Shown: positions 29,566 through 38,485 of the stretch, piece after piece
How the letters are laid out: each line of letters opens with the position of its first letter
How positions within the stretch are numbered: position 1 is the stretch's first letter
Origin: an uncultured Gemmatimonadales bacterium
Lineage (GTDB): Bacteria; Verrucomicrobiota; Kiritimatiellia; CAXMRT01
DNA length: 53,156 bases
Assembly: GCA_964196025.1 (NCBI GenBank)
Contig: CAXMRT010000098.1
Location: 1-53,156 of the forward strand
Direction: 5' to 3'
Notes under the pieces: generated by a model
Told to the model about the DNA's origin: nothing
Seen by the model: the letters and a program-made list of their open reading frames with translations, nothing else
Databases searched by the model: none
Position numbers and translations under genes: made by a program

Positions 29566-29814
29566 TTGGGGTGTATCTCGAACGAGGACATGCCGACGAT
29601 AAGAGCATTTGTGGAGAAGACGGAGCTGCCCCTTCCGATCTATAAGATGGCCGATCTGCCTCCCGCGACCTTTCGCACCCCAGGCATACCCGCGACCTTT
29701 ATCATCGGTTCCGGCGGGGTTGTACGGGTGAAACACGAGGGACAAGCGGATTGGTCCGCGGCGAACGTACAAAACTATCTCGACCTGCTTCTGGTAGAAC
29801 CGACGACGGATTGA
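29566..29814 (+). pseudogene. Remnant of a TlpA/ResA-type thioredoxin-fold gene (C-terminal half only)
   Basis: The 82-aa ORF matches only the C-terminal part of redoxins (IRAFVEKTELPLPIY....GIPATFIIGSGGVV). No CxxC-containing N-terminal half is present, and an in-frame stop lies at 29542. Confidence 0.45.
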
Positions 29815-29858
29815 TTCGCGTCTGAAGCCCTGATACACTTTTGAGCAAGAAGGAGACT

Positions 29859-30755
29859 ATGATTGTGTTACATCGATTTTTCATTTTGATCGCCCTATCG
29901 CTCGTCACCCCGGCCCTCTTCGCGGAAGATCCGTCAGAAAAAGACCTAGAGGCCCTTGTCGAGTCACTCGGACACGAAAACTTCCGTGAACGGAAGCTCG
30001 CGGAGAAAACCCTAAGCGGATATTCCCGCACCATTGTTCCAACGCTGCGCAAGCACGAAGAGGCTCGAGACCCCGAGGTCCGACTGCGAGTGCGTAGAGT
30101 GATCAAACAGATGATGACCGATCCAGAAAAAATCCCGAGCAACGTCTTCATCCTCGATGCTGACGGGTTGACCACCCCCACCTACAAAACCGGGATGGCA
30201 TCGTGGAACTCAAATAAAACAGTAGCAGCTAAAATGGATGACGGGCGTAGCGGAACCTCAGGGGGCTTCGCGCAAAGTCTGGTGCCAGAGACAGACACGG
30301 TTGCAGCGATCGAGCTAGCCACTTACCCCATTGGCAACGGGGCTGGTTGGTTGATGGCGGACCTGCGGCCGGACGACAACGGCGCCCCCTCTGACGAGGT
30401 CTTGGCACGCGCCTGGATTCGGGTTGGGAAAACACTGAGTCTACATGGCGTGAGCCTGGTCTATGACATTCCAGATGTGCGCGTCCAGAAGGATGCGACC
30501 TACTGGATCGTGTTTCGACCGTTCAACGATGCGGGACCGAAATCCGCCATTATGAACTTCGGGCTCAACACCTCGTCGACGTATTCAAAAGGGGTTCTGT
30601 GGCGTGACTCATCGAGTCAGCCCTCGACATCCTCTGATGCCAAATTTTCGATTATTAGCAAGTGCTTCCCTCCGCCATTTCTCAAAAAAGCCGAGGAAAA
30701 AGACCTAAAAACGCTGCCATCCGCTGAGGTTAAGTGGGGAAAAAAGCGGCAGTGA
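29859..30755 (+). CDS. Secreted hypothetical protein
   Basis: ATG 29859 is preceded by AAGGAG. It has a signal peptide (MIVLHRFFILIALSLVTPALFA). No family was recognised. Confidence 0.65.
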   Translation: MIVLHRFFILIALSLVTPALFAEDPSEKDLEALVESLGHENFRERKLAEKTLSGYSRTIVPTLRKHEEARDPEVRLRVRRVIKQMMTDPEKIPSNVFILDADGLTTPTYKTGMASWNSNKTVAAKMDDGRSGTSGGFAQSLVPETDTVAAIELATYPIGNGAGWLMADLRPDDNGAPSDEVLARAWIRVGKTLSLHGVSLVYDIPDVRVQKDATYWIVFRPFNDAGPKSAIMNFGLNTSSTYSKGVLWRDSSSQPSTSSDAKFSIISKCFPPPFLKKAEEKDLKTLPSAEVKWGKKRQ

Positions 30756-30760
30756 TCGGG

Positions 30761-31501
30761 TTAGGCATCGCATGCGGCCGGCGAAAAATGACCGGCTGCG
30801 AGGAATTGGCGACACTGTGCGATGACCGCCTTGCGAGTCATGATCCATGTGTGACTGACGTGCATCACACGTAGTTCCTTCATGCCACCCACGTGTGCAT
30901 TTTTCACGGACACCTTCCCGTCGTTCGCGCCGTCGAAATGTGAACCCAGTAGAGGGTTTAGACAGACATCACCAGCGATGATTCCGAGTTCAAAGTTGAC
31001 GGGACCCAGGCGCCGAGGAGTGTCGGTTTCTAGCGTACCCAGCTCTTGTCCGGCGGGTCCCGACCACAGTCGATATAGAAAGCGGTGCTTGAGTTTATCA
31101 GCGACCTCACTTCCGCGGTTCGGAGGCGCAAGCATAACCACTCGACCCATCGTGATGTCGGGAGCGGTGGCCATATATGCGCGTACGACCAAGCCACCGA
31201 GTGAGTGGGTAACGAAATGGATTTTGCGTGTTGGGTCCGGACAGTCATCGGCAATCGAACGCGCCAAGTGTTCTGACAGCTCGTCGATCGGTTTTAAGTT
31301 CGACGGGTAGCGTATGTTGACGACCGTGTAGCCGTCCCGCTTTAGGCTCATTTCCATGAGCTTCATCGAAAGGTGCGTTCGGCTCATTCCATGAATCAAA
31401 ACCGCATAATCCCCCTTTTCATTGGGCTCAGCCCCGAAGCTTTTTTGACACCAGCCATTCATAATCAGTGCGGCAGCGGCGAGTAAATATATCCATTTCA
31501 T
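30761..31501 (-). CDS. Secreted alpha/beta hydrolase (lipase/esterase-like)
   Basis: 246-aa ORF with a signal peptide, the nucleophile elbow HSLGG, and the oxyanion-type motif LIHGM. Confidence 0.75.
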   Translation of the reverse strand: MKWIYLLAAAALIMNGWCQKSFGAEPNEKGDYAVLIHGMSRTHLSMKLMEMSLKRDGYTVVNIRYPSNLKPIDELSEHLARSIADDCPDPTRKIHFVTHSLGGLVVRAYMATAPDITMGRVVMLAPPNRGSEVADKLKHRFLYRLWSGPAGQELGTLETDTPRRLGPVNFELGIIAGDVCLNPLLGSHFDGANDGKVSVKNAHVGGMKELRVMHVSHTWIMTRKAVIAQCRQFLAAGHFSPAACDA

Positions 31502-31718
31502 TCATGTCTCCAGTTGATGTGTCGAGTGTGAGCCTTAACATCGCAGTTAGCATGCCAAGTAAGAAACACCCCTCTTTTATGAAAGAGGGCGATGCCCGAC
31601 CCCGCCGCGTAGGCATATTATGTAGGGCGCCTGAACAGTTTGGGTTTGTGAACATTCCTCCCCAGATGCGCTCTTTTTGTGCTCCAGCTTAGTGGCGACA
31701 CGCGTTACAGTGGTGCCT

Positions 31719-32018
31719 ATGAAAGAAGAAGACTTTGAAACGATGGTGGTGGAGTTCATGTGTGCGGCAGAGGATGCGCACGCAGAGGGTAGTCCTGTGC
31801 ACGCGATGGCGAATGCCTTTTTAGCGAAGGGCCTGAAGTTTGTGGTAGATGAATTTAGCTATCAACGAGCGGATATGCTCAACGACCCAAGTTGCCAGGA
31901 ATGGCTCGCATCGGTTGAAGGAGAGGTTCCGGAAGTGGTGGCCCGCTACGTGTTCTTTTGTCGTCTGGAAGACAAGCCGGCATTCGATCAGTGTTACCAC
32001 GCACATACTCAGACGTAG
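31719..32018 (+). CDS. Small acidic hypothetical protein (99 aa) directly upstream of the helicase
   Basis: ATG 31719. The stop lies 18 nt before the helicase GTG. No family was recognised and the start is uncertain (the ORF is open from 31677). Confidence 0.5.
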   Translation: MKEEDFETMVVEFMCAAEDAHAEGSPVHAMANAFLAKGLKFVVDEFSYQRADMLNDPSCQEWLASVEGEVPEVVARYVFFCRLEDKPAFDQCYHAHTQT

Positions 32019-32036
32019 CGCGAGGAGTGCGAACCG

Positions 32037-34808
32037 GTGTCTGACTTCAACGAGCTTGGTTTTTCGGGAACCCTGAGACCGTCTCAGCAAGATGCGATCG
32101 AGATCGTGGACGCTCAGCTGCGCGCGGGTGAAAGACGACTCCATATCGTGGCCCCACCCGGGTCTGGCAAAACGGTTCTAGGCCTCTACATTTGGGCTGA
32201 AATGGTTCGTAAACCGGTCCTTGTGCTCAGCCCAAACAGTGCAATCCAAGCGCAGTGGGCCGCCCGATTGGACCTCTTTTCGCCCGAATGCTCGGCACTT
32301 TCGAGTACCGACCCCAAAAGCCCCGATGCCTTCACCTCTTTAACGTATCAGTCGGTGACGCTCCCCCGACGGGGCGACGATGACTTGGATGCGAGCGCAC
32401 GTTTGCTCTGGGAAGCGCGCTTGATTGAGAAGGGAGAATCCGAAGGGCCCGCAGAAGCGCGAGCCTGGATAGACGCGATGTGTCAGAATAATCCCGACTA
32501 CTACGAGACGCGATTGGGAGCGTACCGGAAGGACGTTCGGGATGATCTGGCAAAAGGCGGCGACGCCTTGCAAACACTACACTCCTCGTCGCTAGCAACG
32601 CTCATGCGCCTGAAGGAGCAAGAGGTCGGTTTGATTATCTTGGATGAATGTCACCACTTGATGGGACACTGGGGCCGCGTCTTGGCGGAGGCGGCGGAAC
32701 TGTTGGGTGACCCACTGATTTTGGGACTCACCGCTACACCGCCGGATGATAAAGGGCGTGACGCAGACGACGTGGCCCGATACCACGCGTTCTTCGGGAC
32801 GGTCGATTACGAAGTTCCTGTGCCGGCCCTCGTGAAAGAAGGCTTCCTTGCGCCCTACCAAGACCTCGTCTACTTCGTGCGACCCACCGATCCAGAGCTG
32901 CGCTTTATTGCTCGTGCCGATCACGAGTTTGAACATGTCGTAGCAGACCTCTGTCGGGCACATACAGAGGATGCGGGGACGATAGAAAATTTGCCTGACT
33001 GGATCTATAAAGTGCTTGATACCAAGCAGTTAGCGTCTTCATCGGTGTCCAGCTTTCAGGCGTTCTCCCGGCGCGACCCTGCCTTTGCTGACATGGCGCG
33101 AGTGTTCCTGATCTCGCTAAATCGTGAGTTGCCGCCCGATGTTCCCCCACCTCCGGCGGATCTGCTCGGAGCGGGTGTGCCGGTGATTAGTATGTGGGTG
33201 CCGGTGTTAGATCGCTATGTTCGTCACGGCCTCCGACTTTCGCCCGATCCGCGCGACCATCAACGTGCTGCGGATGTTGTGTCACGTCTGCGGATGTTGG
33301 GCATGCAAATCACAGAAACCGGATGCCAGCCTTGCGCGTCGCCAGTCAGTCGCGTCATGGCGTATGCGCGCGCGAAGGTGGATGCCTTGTGCGAGATACT
33401 CGGTGCGGAGCTGGACGCCTTGGGACCGAAGATCCGTGCAGTGGTTGTGTCGGACTTTGAAAAAACCTCTGCCATCAGAGACGACGTGGATGACTTGTTG
33501 GATGAAGAGGCCGGCGGTGCGGTTGCCGCGTTTCGTGCCTTGTTGGTGGATGCGAGGACCGATGGATTGGACCCTGTTCTTGTGACGGGGTCGACGGTGT
33601 TGGTGGATGACGATTTAACACCGCGCTTAGTGTTGGAAGCAGAGCGGTGGCTGACGGCCGGGGGTCATGAGGTGGTGTTGAATGCAGTGTCACGAGGAGG
33701 GTTCCACGAGCTACGCGGCAAAGGCCGAGACTGGTGTCCGCGTGTGTATGTGGGTCTTATCACCGAGCTATTTCAACGCGGGCTCACGCGCTGCCTCGTG
33801 GGCACTCGCGGTTTACTTGGTGAAGGCTGGGATGCCAATAAAATCAACGTATTAGTGGATTTAACGACCGTTACGACATCGATGTCAGTCAACCAACTTC
33901 GCGGCCGAAGCATTCGCCTCGACCCTTCGGAGCCGACCAAGTTAGCAAACAACTGGGATGTGATTTGCATTGCTGGAGAGTTCACAAAAGGGCTGGACGA
34001 CTATCGCCGTTTCATCGCGAAACATGAAACCCTTTTCGGCGTGTGTGATGATAGCGCGGTCGAGAAAGGAGTGGGTCATGTTCATGCAGCCTTCACCGAT
34101 ATTCAACCCGAAGGCGTCGAAGAATCGTTGCAGTTGTTCAACGCCGACATGCTTGCGCGATGTGGCCAACGCGATGTCGCTCGCGAGCGCTGGCGGATTG
34201 GTGAACCCTTCGTCGCCTCTCCCGTACGTGCGGTCGAGGTTGGCGGTGGCGGTGGCGGCGGAGGCTTCCCTCCGTTCGATGGTATGTCGGACCCCTGGAC
34301 CGACGCCTCGTTGACCGTTGCCATTTCGCAGGCGATCTTGCGGACCTTACACGAGTTGAAATTGGTTGCGCCTAGTGCCACGTTGAAGAACGGTGTGCGT
34401 GCTGGCGACTATGTGCGATTGTACCTGAAAAATGCGAGCACCGAAGACTCGGAGGTCTTTACGCGCTCGGTTCGAGAGGCTCTGGGGCCGCTGCACCGAC
34501 CGCGTTATGTCATCATGCGGGTGGTTGATGAACTGCAGGAAACGGTTCTCTCGCGCTTTTTGCCCGAATTGCTGGCCAAATTCTTCCGAAAACGCCGTCA
34601 GAAGCGGGCGATGCTCCACATGGTGCCCACTATATTCGCGTCAAAGAAAGAGATTGTCGCCGTATACCAGCATTTCTGGAACCAATGCGTGAGTCCAGGC
34701 GCCGCACTCTACGCCCATCGCGGAGAAGGCGAAGACCTAGTCGAAGAGATGCGCGCCGCAGGACTCACCCCCCACGCACATGTCCACGAAAAGGATGTGT
34801 TCGTCTAG
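32037..34808 (+). CDS. SF2 helicase, ResIII/DEAH-type core with a ~240-aa uncharacterised C-terminal extension
   Basis: GTG start with GAGGAG 9 nt upstream. Helicase motifs: LRPSQ, Walker A APPGSGKT, Ia VLSPNSAIQAQW, II ILDECHH, III GLTATPP, V LLGEGWDA and VI QLRGRSIRL. A Gly8 linker is followed by an unassigned C-terminal domain. Confidence 0.85.
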   Translation: MSDFNELGFSGTLRPSQQDAIEIVDAQLRAGERRLHIVAPPGSGKTVLGLYIWAEMVRKPVLVLSPNSAIQAQWAARLDLFSPECSALSSTDPKSPDAFTSLTYQSVTLPRRGDDDLDASARLLWEARLIEKGESEGPAEARAWIDAMCQNNPDYYETRLGAYRKDVRDDLAKGGDALQTLHSSSLATLMRLKEQEVGLIILDECHHLMGHWGRVLAEAAELLGDPLILGLTATPPDDKGRDADDVARYHAFFGTVDYEVPVPALVKEGFLAPYQDLVYFVRPTDPELRFIARADHEFEHVVADLCRAHTEDAGTIENLPDWIYKVLDTKQLASSSVSSFQAFSRRDPAFADMARVFLISLNRELPPDVPPPPADLLGAGVPVISMWVPVLDRYVRHGLRLSPDPRDHQRAADVVSRLRMLGMQITETGCQPCASPVSRVMAYARAKVDALCEILGAELDALGPKIRAVVVSDFEKTSAIRDDVDDLLDEEAGGAVAAFRALLVDARTDGLDPVLVTGSTVLVDDDLTPRLVLEAERWLTAGGHEVVLNAVSRGGFHELRGKGRDWCPRVYVGLITELFQRGLTRCLVGTRGLLGEGWDANKINVLVDLTTVTTSMSVNQLRGRSIRLDPSEPTKLANNWDVICIAGEFTKGLDDYRRFIAKHETLFGVCDDSAVEKGVGHVHAAFTDIQPEGVEESLQLFNADMLARCGQRDVARERWRIGEPFVASPVRAVEVGGGGGGGGFPPFDGMSDPWTDASLTVAISQAILRTLHELKLVAPSATLKNGVRAGDYVRLYLKNASTEDSEVFTRSVREALGPLHRPRYVIMRVVDELQETVLSRFLPELLAKFFRKRRQKRAMLHMVPTIFASKKEIVAVYQHFWNQCVSPGAALYAHRGEGEDLVEEMRAAGLTPHAHVHEKDVFV

Positions 34809-34830
34809 AAAAGCCGTTTTCCACGGCGCC

Positions 34831-34903
34831 AACAGGTGTCCCCCTTGGGGGAAGGACCCCTTAGGGTAGGGGGATTTTCATGCCGCGGTATCGCGAGGCA
34901 TCC
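34831..34903 (+). repeat. Intergenic repeat R1, copy 3 (reference copy)
   Basis: AACAGGTGTCCCCCTTGGGGGAAGGACCCCTTAGGGTAGGGGGATTTTCATGCCGCGGTATCGCGAGGCATCC, located between the convergent helicase and mnmG genes. Confidence 0.7.
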
Positions 34904-34999
34904 TCCCCAAGACGCTGCGGCACCCCTCCCCCACCCACGCGGGCCTTTATTCATCGGGGTGTTGTGCGGGTGGGAATAATACTTTCCCAAGCGAAAGAA

Positions 35000-36895
35000 T
35001 TAGTCGTTTATGCGCTTTACCATCACAGAGAGGATGGCGAGGTCTGCGGGACTGATGCCTGGCACGCGGCCGGCTTGGCCGAGGTTGCTGGGTCGGACCT
35101 TATCGAGTTTCTCTCGAGCCTCGTAACTCAACGCGTCAATATCCCAGTAATCGAGTGAAGACGGGATGGCAACTTTCTCAAACCCTTTAGCCTTAAGGAT
35201 TTGCGCCTCTTCTCGCTTGATATACCCCTCGTATTTGACCTCGACTTCCACTTGTCTTTGTACGATAGGGTCAAGATCCTTGCGCGTGCCGTCGAGCGAG
35301 GCATAGGTGTTCTCCGGACGACGAAGGAGCTGACCAAGAGCATGCTGTCCCTCGAAGGTCTTTTCCAGCCGGGCTCGCTCAACCGCGATCTCGCCCTGGA
35401 AGCGTCGCGTGTCGGCGAGATCGTCTATGGCCAGAATGCCCAAAGCGGATGCGTGTTCCAATAGCCGGAATCGGGCATTGTCTTGACGGAGCAACAGGCG
35501 GTGCTCTGCTCGAGACGTAAACATGCGGTAGGGTTCATCGGTCCCCTTCGTTACAAGGTCATCGATTAGGACGCCGATATACGAGTCTCCACGGCCTAAA
35601 ATCAATGGATCCCGTTTCAGCGTTTTCAGCGCCGCATTCGCGCCAGCCACAAATCCTTGTCCGCCCGCTTCCTCGTATCCCGTTGTTCCATTGATCTGAC
35701 CTGCGAAGAAAAGACCTTCTACAACCTTTGACTCCAGCGTATGCAAAAGCTGGGTGGGATCACAATAGTCATACTCAATCGCGTAGCCCCACTGGAGCAC
35801 CTCCGCATTCTCGAAGCCCGGAATAGTTCGGATCATCTGATCCTGAATCTCTTCCGGAAGACTGTTCGATAGTCCGTTTGGGTATATCTCGAGCGTGTTT
35901 CGACCCTCTGGCTCTACAAAAATATGATGGCTGTTTTTATCCGAAAACTTCACGATCTTATCCTCGATAGAGGGGCAGTAACGCACGCCAGTACCCTGGA
36001 TTGCACCGCCGTACATAGAGCTGCGCTCTAGATTCTCTCGGATGATATCATGTGTTTTATCATTCGTTTCCGCTAAAAAGCAGGGCATTTGGCCCCATCC
36101 AGGCGGCCAAGGCCGAGTGGGATCCTGCGATTGTTCCACGTGGAACATTGCGTAGTCCCCTGTCGCCTCGCCGGAATGTTCCACGTGGAACATATCCCAC
36201 TCGCGTTGCGCCTGCCTTGAAAATAACGGCGGAGGCTCATCTCCCGGCTGCGGGGTCATTTTGCTGTAGTCGATGCTATCTCGGTGCAGTCTTGGGGGCG
36301 TCCCTGTTTTCATCCGTTCCATGCGGAGGCCTAGCCCTAGGATGGAGTCGCTGAGCTCCATGGCGGCCTTTTCTCCCTGCCGGCCGCCGGGTTTGGCGAC
36401 GTCGCCGATATGGATCATTCCTCGCAAGAACGTGCCTGTCGTGAGGACGACCGTTTTCCCGGCGATGTCAGATCCGTCTGTGGTCCTTATCCCGCGCAGC
36501 GTCCCATTTTCGATCCAGAGTTCGCCGACGAGGGCCTCGATAACCGTTAAGTTCTCTTGCTTATTTACGATCGCGATCATCCGTTCAGAGAAGGCTGGTT
36601 TGTCGCATTGAACTCTGCCGGCCTGGACTGCGGGGCCTTTTTTGGTGTTCAGTGTGCGGAACTGAATCCCCGTATAATCAGCATTTCTTCCCATTTCTCC
36701 GCCTAAAGCGTCCAATTCGTGTACCATGTGGGACTTCGCGATTCCTCCGATGGAGGGATTACACGACATCCGTGCGATAGCTCGTTTGTCGATAGTCACG
36801 AGGCCGGTCTTGGCCCCTAGTCGTGCAGATGCCAAGGCGGCTTCATAGCCTGCGTGGCCGGCGCCGATGACCAAAACGTCGTATGTGGTGTTCAT
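35000..36895 (-). CDS. mnmG: tRNA uridine 5-carboxymethylaminomethyl modification enzyme MnmG (GidA)
   Basis: Homology starts at [19 protein letters not shown] (ATG 36895); the longer ORF to 37036 is an artefact. FAD motif and [11 protein letters not shown] are present. Confidence 0.93.
   Translation of the reverse strand: MNTTYDVLVIGAGHAGYEAALASARLGAKTGLVTIDKRAIARMSCNPSIGGIAKSHMVHELDALGGEMGRNADYTGIQFRTLNTKKGPAVQAGRVQCDKPAFSERMIAIVNKQENLTVIEALVGELWIENGTLRGIRTTDGSDIAGKTVVLTTGTFLRGMIHIGDVAKPGGRQGEKAAMELSDSILGLGLRMERMKTGTPPRLHRDSIDYSKMTPQPGDEPPPLFSRQAQREWDMFHVEHSGEATGDYAMFHVEQSQDPTRPWPPGWGQMPCFLAETNDKTHDIIRENLERSSMYGGAIQGTGVRYCPSIEDKIVKFSDKNSHHIFVEPEGRNTLEIYPNGLSNSLPEEIQDQMIRTIPGFENAEVLQWGYAIEYDYCDPTQLLHTLESKVVEGLFFAGQINGTTGYEEAGGQGFVAGANAALKTLKRDPLILGRGDSYIGVLIDDLVTKGTDEPYRMFTSRAEHRLLLRQDNARFRLLEHASALGILAIDDLADTRRFQGEIAVERARLEKTFEGQHALGQLLRRPENTYASLDGTRKDLDPIVQRQVEVEVKYEGYIKREEAQILKAKGFEKVAIPSSLDYWDIDALSYEAREKLDKVRPSNLGQAGRVPGISPADLAILSVMVKRIND
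36132..36193. repeat. Twin perfect palindromes TGTTCCACGTGGAACA inside the mnmG coding sequence
   Basis: A 16-bp palindrome lies at 36132-36147 and an 18-bp palindrome (ATGTTCCACGTGGAACAT) at 36176-36193. They are 45 bp (15 codons) apart, and each encodes MFHVE. Confidence 0.85.
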
Positions 36896-36896
36896 C

Positions 36897-38279
36897 CTAT
36901 TTCCCCAGACAGAAGCGCGAGAAGACGTTGGTGAGTAATTCATCGTGGTAGATTCGCCCGGTGGCCGTTCCGAGTTCTTCGAGTGCGCTCCGACAGTCCA
37001 ATGACGCGGCGGCGGCGCCGTTCTCGCCTTCCGCATTGAGGACCGTCATAGCGGCCTTAAGGTGAGCGTTGACCGTCATGAGCACATCACGGTGTCGTTC
37101 GGAGATAGCAGCGTGAGCCGGTGCATGGCTGGCGATGCCGACGGTTGTCTGGATGGCGTCTTTTAGGGCGGAGAGGTCTTCATTTCCGGCAAGCGAGGTG
37201 TGAATGATGGTATACTCGGCGAAGCTCGTTGTCTCTAAACACACGCCTAGATCTTGCTTATTGACCAAAATCACGCTAGTTGTCGGATCTAGCTTCTTTA
37301 TACGGGCTTCATCAGAGGGGGTGAGGGCTTGGGAACCGTCAACAAGGTACAGGTGAATGTCTGCCTGGGCCAAAAGGGCTTCGGATCGTTGAATTCCTTG
37401 CGTTTCGACCGGGTCGTTTGTTTCTCGTAAGCCAGCGGTGTCTACCAAGCGAAGGGGAATGCCGCCCAACACGAACGTTTCTTCTATCGTATCTCGCGTG
37501 GTACCAGCTACTTGTGTAACAATTGCGCGGTCCGTTTCCAGCAGTCTGTTGAGTAGCGTCGACTTTCCTGCGTTCGGACTGCCTGCTATGACGACGAGCG
37601 CACCTTCCCTTAGGAGGAATCCTTCTTCCCACGAAGAAAGAATTTTTCGTGACGAAGAGTCGATGTCGTCGAGGCGCTGGACAATATCGGTCATAGTCGC
37701 GGACGGGAGCTCTGCTTCGCCGAAATCGAGCGTCGCTTCTAGGTCGCCTGACACGCTGATGAGATCATCATAAATAGCGTTAAATGAACTGCTTAAGGAT
37801 CCTGATAGTTGCTCGATAGCCGCGCTGGCGGCACGGTCGGAGCGAGCACGAATGAGATCGATCACGGCTTCGGCCTGCATTAAGTCAATGCGTCCATTTA
37901 AGAATGCCCGTCGTGTAAACTCACCGGGTTCTGCGCTGCGTGCCCCTGCGTCGAGCGTTGCCCGTAACAAGCGCGCGGCTGAAGTGGCGCCGCCGTGGCC
38001 CTGTATTTCGATCACATCTTCGCGGGTATAGCTGTTGGGGGCTCGATAGATCAGGAGGATCACTTCGTCCAACACCGTCTGGTCGGATCCGTTCTCGGAG
38101 CCGCGGATTGTTCCATATACAAAGGAATTTGCTGGGCGAAGGGACGGCGGTGGGTCGCAGCAGACCATCAGCCGGTCAGCGATCAGCAGGGCGTCTGGAC
38201 CGGAAACGCGCACGATCGCGATGCCCGCTTCGCCCGGAGCGGTTGCGATTGCTGAAATTGTATCAACTTGGTATGACAT
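36897..38279 (-). CDS. mnmE: tRNA modification GTPase MnmE (TrmE)
   Basis: 460-aa ORF with G-domain motifs [12 protein letters not shown] and DTAGLRE and the C-terminal CLGK tetrapeptide. It ends 1 nt before the mnmG start. Confidence 0.93.
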   Translation of the reverse strand: MSYQVDTISAIATAPGEAGIAIVRVSGPDALLIADRLMVCCDPPPSLRPANSFVYGTIRGSENGSDQTVLDEVILLIYRAPNSYTREDVIEIQGHGGATSAARLLRATLDAGARSAEPGEFTRRAFLNGRIDLMQAEAVIDLIRARSDRAASAAIEQLSGSLSSSFNAIYDDLISVSGDLEATLDFGEAELPSATMTDIVQRLDDIDSSSRKILSSWEEGFLLREGALVVIAGSPNAGKSTLLNRLLETDRAIVTQVAGTTRDTIEETFVLGGIPLRLVDTAGLRETNDPVETQGIQRSEALLAQADIHLYLVDGSQALTPSDEARIKKLDPTTSVILVNKQDLGVCLETTSFAEYTIIHTSLAGNEDLSALKDAIQTTVGIASHAPAHAAISERHRDVLMTVNAHLKAAMTVLNAEGENGAAAASLDCRSALEELGTATGRIYHDELLTNVFSRFCLGK

Positions 38280-38485
38280 GACTTAAGTAACCTTAAGGAC
38301 CGATTTATGCCCAGATTTCTCCGATATGGAAGCGTGAGCCCCTTATACTGATGGTCCTGCTTTTGGGCTGCCAATGGTCCGCGAAGTGACCCAGCGCTGT
38401 CAACCGAATTGCAACCGCTTAAAAAGGAGGCGAATGGGGACAAAGAACCCGTTGAAATAAAAGGGGTTATGGCTATCATACCTAC

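Noticed and set aside
34242-34265. GGC/GGT microsatellite-like run
   Set aside because: It is in frame within the helicase gene and encodes a Gly8 linker. It is a low-complexity coding region, not an independent repeat element.
36896-37036. N-terminal 47-aa extension of the mnmG ORF overlapping mnmE
   Set aside because: MnmG homology and the FAD-binding motif begin at ATG 36895. The extension overlaps the mnmE C-terminus and is Pro/Arg-rich.
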